NCBI RefSeq assembly: GCF_006345805.1 | Contig: NC_043015.1 | Span: forward strand, 13,578,001-13,642,000 | From: Octopus sinensis | Lineage: Eukaryota | Length of the DNA: 64,000 nucleotides | Reading direction: 5' to 3' | Shown: positions 26,682 to 40,199 of the stretch, one piece after another | Layout: every line of letters starts with the position of its first letter | Numbering within the stretch: position 1 is the stretch's first letter | Program-made: the position numbers and the translations under genes | The notes under the pieces: model-generated | The model's input: the letters and a program-made list of their open reading frames with translations, nothing else | Told to the model about the DNA's origin: nothing | Databases searched by the model: none

Positions 26682-26800
26682 TACTGTGAGAAGTTGGAAC
26701 TACCATTGTCTTATTAAAGTGGCTATCGTTTTCATCTACGAAAGAAATTTTTAAAATTGTTCTCCGCTATTGTTTATTTATTTATTCATTTATTTATCTT

Positions 26801-26801
<1 letters not shown>

Positions 26802-26865
<64 letters not shown>

Positions 26866-27030
26866 ATAACTAGTTAGTTTGTTTGTTAGTTAGTTAGTTA
26901 GTTAATTAGTTAGTTAATTAGTTAGTTAGTTAGTTAGATAACTAGTTAGTTAGATAACTAGTTAGTTAGTTAGTTAGTTAGTAAGTTGCTTGGTTAGCTT
27001 GTTCTGTTAGTTTGTTTAGTTAGTTAGTCA
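26802..27030. repeat. (TTAG)n microsatellite
   Basis: Direct reading; not the TTAGGG telomere unit. Confidence 0.95.
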
Positions 27031-27503
27031 GTCATTTATTTATTTATTTATTTATCAGTGTTATTGAAGTTGTTGTTGCTGCAGCTATTATTCTTGTTAC
27101 TTAACATTCCTCAATCAGCTCTGCTAGAGCAGGTTTATTGCTCCAAAGTAACCAACCAATCGAACACCAAAGAACGAAGATATAGAGAGTTTAAATGTGA
27201 TCTCAATGTGTAAACTAACAGAGGCTGGATACCATTGGGTAACTAAAATTAACATAATGCCCCTCTCTCCGCATCACTTGGTTTGCACAAAACAGGTTGA
27301 TGCCCTCTCTTTCGAAAATATTACGTTTGTGAGAGATATGGGCGTCATGCATTTACATTTTCTTCTCTTTAAATCTAAAGTTTATATACCTCGTGTTTCT
27401 TAGAGCTGAGATTCTGTACTGAGGATATGTATTAAGAGTATTAATATAAAGGTGTGTGGGTGCGTGTACATACATATATCTTTATGAATCTGTCTATCTA
27501 TCA

Positions 27504-27577
<74 letters not shown>

Positions 27578-28127
27578 TGTATGTCTTTGTGTTTGTCTGT
27601 GTGTGCACACGTGAAGTATTCAGAAGAAAGAGTGAGGTAGGGTGGGAATAATGAAAATGCAAGAGAGTGAGACGTTAAGTTTACATGGAAGAAGACTAAT
27701 AGTGGGCCATTGTCCTCCTGAGTCCTTGTCTGAGAAGTGATGCAGAGAGAGACTGTCTGGAATATACAGATAACTGGAATGTCTGAAAATATTCAGACAA
27801 TGGAATGTCTGAAAAAAAATGTACAGACAGTGTGTGTGTGTGTAGTGATGTAAAGTATGTGTTGTCTGTGACATAAAGAGAATAAAAGAAATTGAATGAG
27901 AGTGAGAGACAAATATTGAATAAAAGAGAGAGAGTGAGAAATTGAGAAAAAGTGAGAGAGAGAGATTGAATGAGAAAGTGAGAGAGAGAGAAAAAGAGTC
28001 GTTTAAAAAGGTGGAAGTAAATCAAGGTAGGCTGCTGGTTTGTGTGGGGAGGAATCAACTGCATGTAACTGGAACAAGGTAAACACATCTGGTAGGCTGT
28101 CTAGTGTGGTTTAATAGGCTTTGTAGG

Positions 28128-28216
<89 letters not shown>

Positions 28217-28854
28217 TGTATGTATGTATGTATGTATTTATGTATATATATATATATATACTAGTATGAACACGTTATTTTTAAGATAGTTTGTTTTACA
28301 TTGGTTTGATATCATTGTATCGTGCAGCGTGCGTGTGGGAAGAATGCCGGCAAGGCATGCAACATGAATGAAGCTCTAACATCAATATTGGAAAACGTAA
28401 AAAAGAGCTGTAAGATGAAATGCAATTATGCTTTAAAAATAACGTGTATTTATAAAGCAATGGAAAAGTACTACCTAAAACTTGCACGCATACTTACTGA
28501 TACTCTTCACGTTTATAACAACAACAAATTCCAATAAAATCCAAATCTACGCCATGTCTACACCATCTGAAGCGAATTTGTAGAAAATTTCATTGAAATA
28601 TACCCATGCTTTTGAAAGTTATGAGGAAAGAAACATGACGGGCGCTTATGTGTAGGTATGCTTCAGCTAACAAGGGCCGGTTACTATATATCATTGCGCA
28701 TGTATTTAAGGAAGTCCATAGAAAATATAAGAAACTTGCTTCCCGACCACATATTTGCAGGTTCAGTGTCACTGCGTGGCACCTTCAACAAGTATCTTCT
28801 ACTGTAGCTTTGTGCTAACCAAGCCATATTATGTCTTGACATGCTCATATATAC

Positions 28855-29150
28855 TTAAATGATAAACTTCTGGAAAGTTTTACAGATTTTTACAGTTCCA
28901 GTGATAGACTGTATCTGTAATCTTCGAATCAGCTTTCTCCTTTTTGGTTTTGAGAAGCCTAATTTCTCAAAATCGGTACTTAGGCAGTGTGTAACATATC
29001 CCAGTGCCCCAATAATTACAGATATAAAGCTGAACTTGTGATAGAGTAACTGTAGATTTCTCATTAGTTCAGCGTAGGTATTTTCAGTTTCGCTGACCCT
29101 TAGATTCATGTTGACAACCGCTGAGCAGTGGACTTCCACAACTGTATATA
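28855..29150 (-). mobile_element. HERO/R4-like non-LTR retrotransposon 3' end (RLE C-terminus)
   Basis: VVEVHCSAVVNM..VSETENTYAELMRNLQLLY..F..VIIGALGYV...LGF...KLIRRLQIQSITGTVKICKTF; IIGALG motif. Confidence 0.75.
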
Positions 29151-29693
29151 TGCATGTAATAAGATAAAAACCATATAATAAATGTACAAACAAACGGAAA
29201 ATTGTCACAGAAGGTCACCAAATCCTCGTCAGTTATCGACTAGAGGGTCAAACGCAATTTCGCGCCTTCAACGATAATGATGAACCCTCTGGTGGTGCTG
29301 ACAGCAAGAAGCCGTTGGGACCAAACATGAAAGAAAGTGAACGAACAAACAAGAAATAAACAAATACTCAATACGGAAAGTGAACAACTCAACATGAAAT
29401 GAATGAGATTCAAGGCGTGACCATTAGTGGACAGATGAAGGACAACGACTGAAAGAAACAAAACGAAATGTGGACATACGAACAAACTGAAATAAATAAA
29501 GAGAATATGGCCTTAGGGCCGGACAGGAGACGAAAATATGGTTAATGCCAGTAGGAATATCCTAAAGGGTTAGAAATTGAAAAACATCAGATAGACAGCG
29601 AAACTGGTTGAAAGTGAGAGACGAGAGAAAATGCGACCAGTTGCTTGGGCGGTCGGCGTGAAAAAGAAAGAGAGAGAATAAAGATGACGATGA

Positions 29694-29724
<31 letters not shown>

Positions 29725-30289
29725 TGTAGTATGTATGTATGTATGTATGTATGTATGTATGTATGTATGTATGTATGTATGTATGTATGTATGTATAAAC
29801 ACGTTGTGGTCTTTCTTAGAGAAGGCTGTGTGTATTGTGGTAGAGACAGCGACCGAGAGTTGCTGCTCAAAGGGGAGATAAACGTTTTTCGTGGAGAATT
29901 TTTTCAAAGAGTGATGCATGCGTGAACATTAGTGTCAACAAACTTGTTAATACATACATACATACATACATACATACATACATACATACATACATACATA
30001 CATACACACATACATACATGGTGGCTGCCCCCTCGTTATCGAGTATGGCCATTGCATGAAACTTAATCAATGTTGTTATCGTGCAATGCCTGTGCAAGAA
30101 GATTTTTTTTAAAGTGAGGAAAGGCTGTGCACTGAGTCAATCCCACTCACTAAGCAACAGCAGCCATAATCCGAAAAGAAGAACAAGTCAACATCATCGG
30201 TAACCACTGAGCCGCAGGTTTTATGTCGGAGTTATCCCAATTACCTGAGTTACCTTCTCAGTTACCTGAGTTACCTCCTAGCCTAATAA

Positions 30290-30545
30290 AGGCTAGGAGT
30301 CAGGTCACTTTCGAGTGCTACTGGTAACATGTAACCCAGTACAACCTGTTGCATGGTCGGGTCGTTGGCGACTAAACCGGCAACCCCACCAAGCTTGCCT
30401 GGTAAGGAGGGTGTTTATTGGACACCCTGCGGGATGAAAAACAAAACCCGTCAAAGGGCGGAGGAACTCTTGAGAGTCAACGGCCATCCAATAAATGTCT
30501 TAAGGCTGTATCATGCACGGGGACATAGAAATAATCGGACTGAAC
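30290..30545 (+). mobile_element. Probable LINE (RTE-type) 5' region
   Basis: ggcgactaaaccggcaacccc...ggatgaaaaac motif recalled from RTE leaders; preceded by a perfect hairpin ctcctagcct-aataa-aggctaggag. Recognition is tentative. Confidence 0.4.
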
Positions 30546-30570
30546 ACATACATATATACATACATACATA

Positions 30571-31290
30571 CACTGGCGAAAATAAATTTAAGACTGATGT
30601 GATGATAAAAGTTCTATTTCTTACAAAATATTTTGTTACTAATACCATACAAATTATGCAGAATTTATTTTTCTTTCGAATGATGCAGACAATAACTATT
30701 TTTATACAATTTGAAGAATTCTAATGCTAAATTAATATAAACGTTTCAAATTTACTGGTAAAATAAGTTTAAGACCATGTAATATGTATGCAAATATTTT
30801 TGCCAAAATGGGTGGTCACACAACTAGCCTAACTGCACTATATAGTGTTATAATTTAACGTTATTATACAATTGATTAATAATGGGGAAACAACGTAGCC
30901 TCAGTCCAGTCACGAGAGCAAGAATCGTATTACTCCACTGGCAATAAGTTTTTTCGAACATCAGCAAGCAACTAAAGTGCAGTAAAACGACTTGCGAGCA
31001 AGCGTGGAAGTTATACTCGGAGACTGGTCAATATAAACATCGGCAAAGGACTGGCGTCCCAAGAAAAACGACGGCGCAGTTGGACCGTCGGAATCCACCG
31101 ACTTTAGGAAGGCAGCCGGATGCTGGCAGCCGTTGACATTTGTAAACAATTGTCCAACGAGAATGGTGTTATTTTTACACCACAAACCGTCCGTTTGAGA
31201 GAATTTGGACTACATGGACGAATCGCTAGGAAGAAGCCAATAATATCCGAAAGAAATCGCCTTAATTTCGCAAAAAGCCATGTCTTTATA
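30571..31290 (+). mobile_element. Tc1-like element 5' part: IR/DR-type left end plus transposase N-terminus
   Basis: TA|cactggcgaaaataaatttaagac with inner repeat actggtaaaataagtttaagac (30754); ATG 30882 MGKQRSLSPVTRARIVLLH*..ISKQLKCSKTT..PRKTT..DRR..TVR..EFGLHGRIARKKP; stops and frameshifts. Confidence 0.85.
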
Positions 31291-31689
31291 TAGGATGTAA
31301 ATAGCAAAATAAGTTCATATTATCTAGACCTGAAGATTGGCAATATAATCGTTTTAATATAGTATAGTATTTCAAGACCTTCTATTTCAGCAATATCGAT
31401 TAATATGATGTCAAGAAACGCGCGTAGTCTATAAAATGTAAAGTACATGATTTGGAATAAGAACTGAAGGTATTAATTTTGATAATTTTAATATTTAGTC
31501 CTATATGTACCTACGTGGATAATTTCGTTCAATGATGATTGAGTTGCTTGATGGTGATTCTGTCTCTTAAACCTTTCTATATATATGTATATAATACAGT
31601 GAGTAATTCATTTTAGTACCACTAAATTGAACTTCTCACCCTGTGGACTCGGAAATAACTTCCCTAATATTAATATTAAATATATATAT

Positions 31690-31734
<45 letters not shown>

Positions 31735-31748
31735 TACATATATATATA

Positions 31749-31815
<67 letters not shown>

Positions 31816-32104
31816 TTGTATGTATGCATGTCATTCAGTTTCATTCTCTTATGGCAAGAAATCTTGAAATAACACTGAACAATGACATACATACATACAT
31901 ACATACTTACATAAACAAATATATATGTTAATATATATGTATGTATGTATATTTGAGCCACTAACAAACAACCCAGCTTCAGAATTTTTCCCCTCTATAA
32001 ATTCAGGGATGATGCAACCTGTAGTCAGCGCATTATTAAAGAGTCATTCTTTATTACAAAATATAAATCCCTTTTGCATGCGTCCACCACAAATGACACT
32101 ATTA

Positions 32105-32163
32105 CAATAATAATAATAATAATAATGATAATAATAAAGATAATAATAATAATAATAATAATA

Positions 32164-32202
<39 letters not shown>

Positions 32203-32210
32203 TAATAATG

Positions 32211-32270
<60 letters not shown>

Positions 32271-32288
32271 GTAATAATGATAATAATA

Positions 32289-32338
<50 letters not shown>

Positions 32339-32347
32339 GTAATAATG

Positions 32348-32386
<39 letters not shown>

Positions 32387-32408
32387 TAATAATAATAATA
32401 ATAATAAC
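32105..32408. repeat. (AAT)n microsatellite, left target of the Dong-like element
   Basis: Direct reading; resumes at 33104-33280. Confidence 0.98.
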
Positions 32409-33103
32409 AGGCACGATAGAGCTGCACAATATATTCACTGGGTAATCTGTAAAAACCTGGATTTGCCCCATGAAAAAAACTGGTGGGAACACAAACCACC
32501 CCCAGTGCTTGAAAATGACCACATCTCACTCCTCTGGAACTTCACCATTCAAACTGACAGGAAGATAGATGCAAATAGGCCAGACATCATATTGAAAGAC
32601 TTCAAACAAAGAACATGCCTCCTCATTGATATGACTGTCCCAATCGATATAACGTATCTGTCAGGACCTACTGAGCAATATAAAGATCTTGAAATAGAAA
32701 TCAGCAAAATGTGGAAGCTGAAGACTAAAACAATACCTGTTGTCATAGGTGCCCTGGGAATGATAGCAAAAGGGGCTGATAGCTACCTAACTCAGATACC
32801 AGGAAACCCAAAAATGGCAGAAGTTCAAAAGATAGTGCTCATGGGAACTGCTCATATCCTACGCAAAATACTCTCTATGTAACCTCAAGGTTTAAAACAA
32901 CCATAATTTTCGGTTTAAAAAAAAAAAAAAAAAAAAAAATTTTTTTTTTTTTTAGACATTCATTAGTACTACATCCCCACCCCCCAAATTATGGCACACT
33001 AGGCATAACAACAACATGAACTTCCAACCCTGTTGTCTCTTGAGGTCTCTGGGTGAGACTTGGAGCCAACTTAACAAATATAAAGCAAAGTCAAACATAG
33101 AAT
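32409..33103 (+). mobile_element. 5'-truncated R4/Dong-like non-LTR retrotransposon inserted in (TAA)n
   Basis: RHDRAAQYIHW..C..LDLPHEKNWWEHKP...WNFTIQTDRKIDANRPDIILKD..CLLIDMTVP..YKDLEIEI..W..KTIPVVIGALG..LMGTAHILRKILSM*; PD..D RLE motif; 3' UTR ends in (AAT)n. Confidence 0.9.
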
Positions 33104-33292
33104 AATAATAATAATAATAATAATGATAATAATGATAATAATAATAATAATAATAATAATAAAATAAAATAATAATAATAAATAATAATAATAATAATGA
33201 TAATATAATAATAATAATAATAATAATAATATAATAATAATATAATAATAATAATAATAATATAATAATAATAATAATACAACAACAACAAC

Positions 33293-33470
33293 ATCGAAAA
33301 ATACCTTAGGAATGAGAACCCAGGGTTCGAAATTTCCCCAAGATACCTGAAGAAGGCTGGAGGGCATATTAGCCGAAACGTTGTGTTAACAACAAACAAG
33401 ATGAGGACAAATATCCGTCGAATGTAAATAATGTACATAATTCCTCATCTCTCCAAATATAGAACTGAAG
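33293..33470 (+). mobile_element. Penelope-derived short repeat carrying a hammerhead motif
   Basis: cctgaagaagg...gccgaaacgttg signature typical of Penelope pseudo-LTRs. Confidence 0.6.
33342..33387 (+). ncRNA. Putative minimal type I hammerhead ribozyme
   Basis: gatac-CTGAAGA-a-GGCTGG..TTAGCC-GAAAC-GT-T-gtgtt: intact core boxes, helix II, helix I with wobbles, palindromic AACGTT in place of helix III. Confidence 0.55.
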
Positions 33471-34179
33471 TCTAGAGTTGTTTGCTTAGAAGAAGCTTTT
33501 TTTTTCGCTCTCTATAAATTTCTCGGTAACTCGCAGAAGTATTTGTTATGGTAGTAGAAACTATTTGCACTACGTTCAAAATTTGGACCTTGGGCTTGAA
33601 ATATAAAACTCGTTAAGCTGGGGTGTCGTAAAGTGAGGCTCTTTCTTGGCACATCACCAAAAAATTTTTAATTTACAGCCAAGATACAAGAGATGGAGGT
33701 TTCGTTGTAGTTAACTCTTTCCTCAACTTTAGACCAAATGTTCACATCCTCAAGGCAGCTGGCAAGTATAATATTGCATGATTTTTGTTCTTTATTCTGG
33801 AGAACACATTCAAAACTGCTGTGTTAACATTAGACTGTTGTTTTTATTGAAATATTTGAGGTGTAATCTTATTTCTAAAAGCGTTGTTTCGGTCTGATTC
33901 TTGTACGTCCTTGGTATGGCCATCAACGTGACTATGTTCGTTTGGCTTTATTTCTCAAATTTTACTCCAGTAAAGAAAAGACAGACAGATCCCCAAATAA
34001 AGTTTCTTTCATTGGAATTTAGACAACCTACAACTAGGTAATCAAGGACGCAATTTTTACTTATTTGAGGTCTTCCTGTAAGTAAGGAACTAGTTTCTAA
34101 TAAAGGTACAAAGCTTCATCTTTGAAGCTTCGTATCTTTGTTGTCACATTTTGTATATATGTATCGTGTCACATTTTGC

Positions 34180-34345
34180 ATGTATGTATGTATGTATGTA
34201 TGTATGTATGTATGTAGGTAGGTAGGTAGGTAGGTTGGTAGGTAGGTAGGTAGGTAGGTAGGTAGGTAGGTAGGTAGGTAGGTAGGTAGGTAGGTAGGTA
34301 GGTAGGTAGGTAGGTAGGTAGGTAGGTAGGTAGGCAGGCAGGTAG
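34180..34345. repeat. Compound (TATG)n-(TAGG)n-(CAGG)n microsatellite
   Basis: Direct reading. Confidence 0.95.
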
Positions 34346-34926
34346 GAGCTCTAGAGTTTTCTTTTGGTGCGGAGGTTCGGACTCACTCCTTTGTTACCAT
34401 TACTTCTAAGTTTGGTTTGAACCGGAACGATAGTATCTGTCAGGGTCCCATCTATTGGTGAAATAGATTTTCTAAGGGTAAAGGATGTTCCCGTTATTTC
34501 TGACCAAGCCGTGGGAAAGGCAGCTCTTATAAGAGAAGGATACTCTGACAATAAAGCTCACAGTCAAAATAGTACCACACATCTTGCAACGTTTGTCATT
34601 GGAACCTACTATGGTAACCGAGAGTGGCAAAAGTGTTGTACAAACTTTTGCCACTTAAATCTAATGGCGTACAGATGTCACACAGTAATTTAATCTTTTG
34701 ATCCGTTTTGTACTTTATGAAGTCCTATGGTAATGAATGCGTGACGGAAAAGTCATATCCGCGCACATGTAAGAATGAAAGCAAATCAGAACAATCAGAC
34801 TGAATATGAGATGGTTATTATCTGACAAGATGAGACAATCATCGGGTAGGTAAATAGGTATATATGTGTGTGTGTGCCAGTGCATGTGTGTGTGTGCCTG
34901 TGCATGTGTGTGTATGTGTGTGTGCC

Positions 34927-34959
<33 letters not shown>

Positions 34960-35086
34960 TGTATATTACAGGCTATTCTAAATATTCAGAATGAACACAG
35001 GATGAGGTAATTAGTCGCTTGCGAGTTCAACAAATGTAGACAGACAGACTGATTGATTAATTGATTGATTGATTGATTGATTGATT

Positions 35087-35318
35087 AAGGCGGCGAGCTG
35101 GCAGAGTCGTTAGCACGCCGGCCGGAATACCAAGCGGTATTTCGGTTGCTGTTACGTTCTGAGTTCAAATTCTGCCGAGGTTGACTTTGCCTTTCATCCT
35201 TTCGGGGTCGATAGATTAAGTACCAATTACACACTGGGGTCGATATAATCGACTTAATCCGTTTGTCTGTCCTTGTTTGTCCCCTCTGTGTTTAGCCCCT
35301 TGTGGATAGTAAAGAAAC
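35087..35318 (+). mobile_element. SINE family B, full length, in a (GATT)n tract
   Basis: aaggcggcgagctggcagag...gtaaagaaa; (GATT)n on both sides. Confidence 0.92.
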
Positions 35319-36029
35319 AGATTGATTGATTGATTGATTGATTGGTTGACGTTATCTGTCAAAATCGTCTGAGGATGAAGCCACTGTGGATAAGGTTAAA
35401 TGATAGTGAAAAATACTATCATCTACTGAAGAATTTTATATGATAAAAGTAAGCAACAAATAAGTCATCTGTGTGTGTATGTGCGTGTGTGAGGGAGAGA
35501 GAGAGAGAGAGAAAGAGATGGGGGATAGAAAGGGAGTGAAAAAGGAACCCTAAACTAAACCAAGCTTGATAAAATCTGGGTCGAAGATGGTCCCATCGGT
35601 GCATGCGTAAGTAGGACAACAGCAAACTTCCTACGCAAGAGATGAAAAATATTGGAGTCAATAAACAAGCCAGCAAGAAAGTTTTGTCAGATTTGGATGA
35701 AGGTTTGGCTGATCCCATGGCAAACAACACTGTTTTCTCGAAGATGTGGAAGTTCTTCCCCAGAGATGTGGTGCGTGCGTTGCTGAGAAATAAACAGCAC
35801 CCATGAGCTTTGCTTTCTCTGCGATTTGTGCCCAGCTTGAAATTCCGATGGTTATAATTTGTAGACAGGGTTAATTAGATGTTTTGCGGGAAGAAACACG
35901 TAGATGGCAGGGTCGGGGCGGAAACATTGCACTCAATGGAGGAAATTCTCTATGTTATTGTAACAAATAAAGATTACTCATACTAGACCTTACATAACTG
36001 CAGCATATATATATATATATATATGTATG

Positions 36030-36098
<69 letters not shown>

Positions 36099-36202
36099 TT
36101 ATTATATATATTATATATATATATATATATAGTATAATATAATATATTATATATATATATATATGTATGTATATATATATATATATATATGTTATATATG
36201 TG

Positions 36203-36264
<62 letters not shown>

Positions 36265-36407
36265 CTCCACCCAATTATCTTTTAACACATGGCTCTCAAC
36301 ATTTATTTAGTTTATACGAGTTCAGTTCTGTCGGAAATACCAAACTAAACAAACTGTAAAGTTGGTTCTAATATATTTGATAAACCCAGTCAAGAAAATG
36401 TTTACGT

Positions 36408-36765
36408 TACTCTTACTCTTTACTCTTTTACTTGTTTCAGTCATTTGACTGCGGCCATGCTGGAGCACCACCTTTTAGTACTTATTCTATCGGTCTCTTT
36501 TTGCCGAACGCTAGGTGACGGGGACGTAAACACACCAGCACGGTTGTCAAGCAATGCTAGGGGGACAAACACAGACAACAAAACACACACACATATACAT
36601 ATATAACATATATACGACAGGCTTCTTTCAGTTTCCGTCTACCAAATCCACTCACAAGGCATTGGTCGGCCCGGGGCTATAGCAGAAGACACTTGCCCAA
36701 GATGCCACGCAGTGGGACTGAACCCGCAACCGTGTGGTTGGTTAGCAAGCTACTTACTACACAGT
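36408..36765 (-). mobile_element. SINE family A, full length
   Basis: (TTTTACTC)n tail, central CA tract, tRNA-like head. Confidence 0.92.
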
Positions 36766-39700
36766 ATGTTATTTATGTTATTTATGTTATTGATATATTT
36801 AATAGTCCTTTCTACTTTCGGTAGACAAAACCTGAGAATTGGAGAAAGGAGGCAAGTCGATTACATCGACACTGAAAGGATGTAAGGCAAAGTCGACCTC
36901 GGCAGCATTTGAACTCAGAACGTAAAGAACCGGAAGAAACGCAGCTAAGCATTTTATCCGGCGCGGTAATTATCCTACCCGCTCGCCGCACTTATTGGTA
37001 TATTAACCGAATAGCTCGTCGTTGCTGGGCAATTTTTACAATAGAATGTCTCATATAAATTTTTGTTTATTCCATGTCAGACCATGCCTTCCCCGACAGA
37101 TTTATGCAATTTTTCACAAAAAACTTCGTTGAAGATTTTTTTTTTTTTTTTCCTTTTTAAATTATTTGCATGTCTGTTCGATCGTTTCACATGACTTTAT
37201 TCATTAAAACTTATTAAAACTTCTGAAGTTCTTACAATTTTGGTCGTCGTAATGCATTGCTTTCGTGTGTTTAATAATAATTCCTCCTTGTAATGATTTT
37301 GCTTTCATTTTGTGATAGACAGCTATCATGCAGAAAATGCCAGCTTCCAAATACTGTTTTCTGTTTACTGATTAGGTAAAACTGATTAAACTTTAAACCT
37401 CTATAACATTTTTCTGAAATTTTTCTGTAACAAATAATTAAATAATTAACAAAATCGGATTTAACGTGGAAAACTATTTCAATATACCAAATTTGAAAGT
37501 TTTGACGTAATTTCAAAATTTTACATGTGACAACAAAAGTATAGAGACAGACAATTATAGGACGTGACACATACACACACACACACAAACACACACACAC
37601 ATTTACAAACGTACACACAGGTAATCACGAGTTTAAAATGGTGTATAGTAGACATATGTATGTATCTACGTATGCATGTATATGTGTGTATGTGTGTATG
37701 TGTGTGTGTGCGTGTGTGTGTGTGTGTGTTTCTTTGCGATGGACTGTAGAAAAGCCACCAAACCCATCTCTCCTTAAAGCTACGTATTCCTCACACCCAC
37801 CTTTCTTTCCCTTCCTCGGCGTTTCAAAAGTTACTTATGACAGCTGTATTAACGTTATCATCCAACTGCCACTCCATATTTGTCATTTACACAGCACTGT
37901 TCTCTCCTTCCCTGATATCAGCCACACTCACTATGCTACCATATTTCCCTCACACTAACTTTTCTGCACCCTTCTCATTTTATCAAATAGTACACCCCCC
38001 TTCCTAGGAGCCCGATTATTGATTTTCATTGAAATCCAATTAGCCTATAATTGAACTGGGTGTTATTCTAACATGAATGCAAAGTTTCAAGATTGGTTCA
38101 CCGGTGTAGGCATCAAGATGGTATCAGACAGATCGACAGACAGAAATTGCCATTTAATGTATTCGTCCGGCTTTACGTTCTGAGTTCAAATTCCGCCGAG
38201 GTTGATTTTATCTTTTCGGGGTCGATAAAATAAGTACCAGTTGAATACTGGGTGAATATAATCGATTATTCACTTCTCTCGAAATTGATGACCTTATGCC
38301 AATCTATGAAACCAATAATACTGCATATTTTTTGTGTTTACACATATTTTGTGTAAACACAATCCAACAGTTTGACCCGTCTGTCCGATTACACACGTGC
38401 GATTGTGATTAATATTTGGAAAAATATTGTACGGCGCCACGATGGTGTCACTGGTTAGTAACAGTGTACTTCCATTTCACGACCCAGATTATGATAGAAA
38501 CCGGTCTACGATGTTTTGTAGCAACAGAAAGAATGAAATGTCTTCTGGACATTAACAACTGTTTCAAATTTTGGCACAAGGCCAGAAACTTTGGTAGATG
38601 AGTTAGTCGACTGCACCGATTCCAGTACTTGACTGGTATTTTATCCTGGAAGGATGAAATAGCAAAGCTGACCTCGATGGGATTTCAACTCAGAACGTAA
38701 AGAGCCAAAAAAAATACCGCAAAACATTTTGTCCGATGAGCTAACGGGTCTACCAGCTCACCGCTCTGATCTGCTGGACATTGTTAACATAAAACAAATA
38801 ACAGACTTTTTTTTTAATGAAGCAACTATGATGGCCGCACGAATAGAGTTCAGTAATGATGAAAACCGAGGAACTTTAAAAAATGAACATTAGCGGTATA
38901 AGATTTTCGATATTATCATCAGTTCACCCCTGAAAGATGATAATTACTGCATGAGTCAGATTCTTGTCACAATACCAAAATCCCACTGAATCTTTTTCAG
39001 GTTATTCTCAATGATTACTTGAGTCAGCTTGTTTTTGCGAGTTGATAGTTTTCGAACTAAAGGACAGACTGGAGTAGATCTTATGATTTAAATGAGATCC
39101 CATAGATTGGATGTAATCATATGAGCTTCATGTGAACGCAATGGAATATCTACAAGCAGATTGCGTACTTTAATGCATGCATTCAATTTACTCAACTGTT
39201 AGAAATGATGTTTAAATTTCAAATGAGTAAAACAAGAAGAAAATACAAAATAAGAATGACCGTAATTTTCTTCTTACGGTATCACGTATAAATCTGATGA
39301 AAAATGTCGCTTATGTGGATATAAGTTAATATCATTAAAGTATCTAGCATGTATAAATTGTGGGAAAATATAATCAGTTGGTACATAAAATCTACAAAAG
39401 TACATAAATCTACAAGTTGGTACATAAATCTGCAAAATAAAGGATTAAACTTTATCATTGTCTGTTTTGCAGATATAAGCATGCGTCATCAAAATACCCT
39501 ACCTTTCATAAAACCATTATTAATGTACAAAAATAATCATTTTGACAGTATGTAAATCTATAAGAATGTTTGGGGAGATTAAAAAGGAAAATTTGCAAGT
39601 ATTTACTACACTTGTTTTAAAAACTCACTGAAATTATTTGTGGGAAATTCGGTAATGAAGGCGCTAAAATGCAGATTTATAACCATAATAATGGATCGAT

Positions 39701-40199
39701 TTGCATAAACCAAAAATTAAGGAAATGGGATCTCAAACTAAAACCATTTTATAGATCATTTATTGAAATTTTTTTGAAAATTTGATGGAATAATGGAAGA
39801 TGATAAGAGAATGAGATGTAAAAATAAAAGACTCGTTATTTGTTTAGCATGGTTGTGACGATTGTTGATAGAAGAGTTTCAAATTTTGGCACATAGCCCG
39901 CAATTTGGGGGAAGGAAAAACCCGATTACATCTACCTCAGTGTTTGTCAGGTACTTATTTTAACTGGTACTCATTTTACCGCCCCTAGGAGGATAAAAGA
40001 CAAAGTTAACCTTGATTTGAAACCAGGACGCAAAAGAACCGAAGAAATACCGCAAAACACTTCTGACGCTGCAATATGCCAACGATAATGCTGTCCGTCT
40101 TCAACCAAATTCTATCTACAAACCATCCCTCATTCATTCCTTCATGTTGGTGATATACTTGACTCCACTGTCAACATACCAAATCAATTCGAAGAAGAA

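Noticed and set aside
26802-27030. (TTAG)n, and degenerate ccctaa runs at 41560-41690, as interstitial telomere
   Set aside because: The first is a 4-mer microsatellite; the second has too few intact hexamers.
29200-29300. CTGACGA and GAAA boxes near a gagggtc/aaccctc stem as a hammerhead
   Set aside because: The boxes are in an order and spacing that does not give helices I-III.
30290-30420. Possible HDV-like ribozyme in the RTE-type leader
   Set aside because: Two hand-built folds gave P2/P4-like helices but no consistent P1/P1.1/P3 nesting; needs an Infernal or RNArobo search.
35540-35950. GC-richer unique-looking segment with short open frames
   Set aside because: No splice-site pair or recognisable domain; at best a very old LINE remnant.
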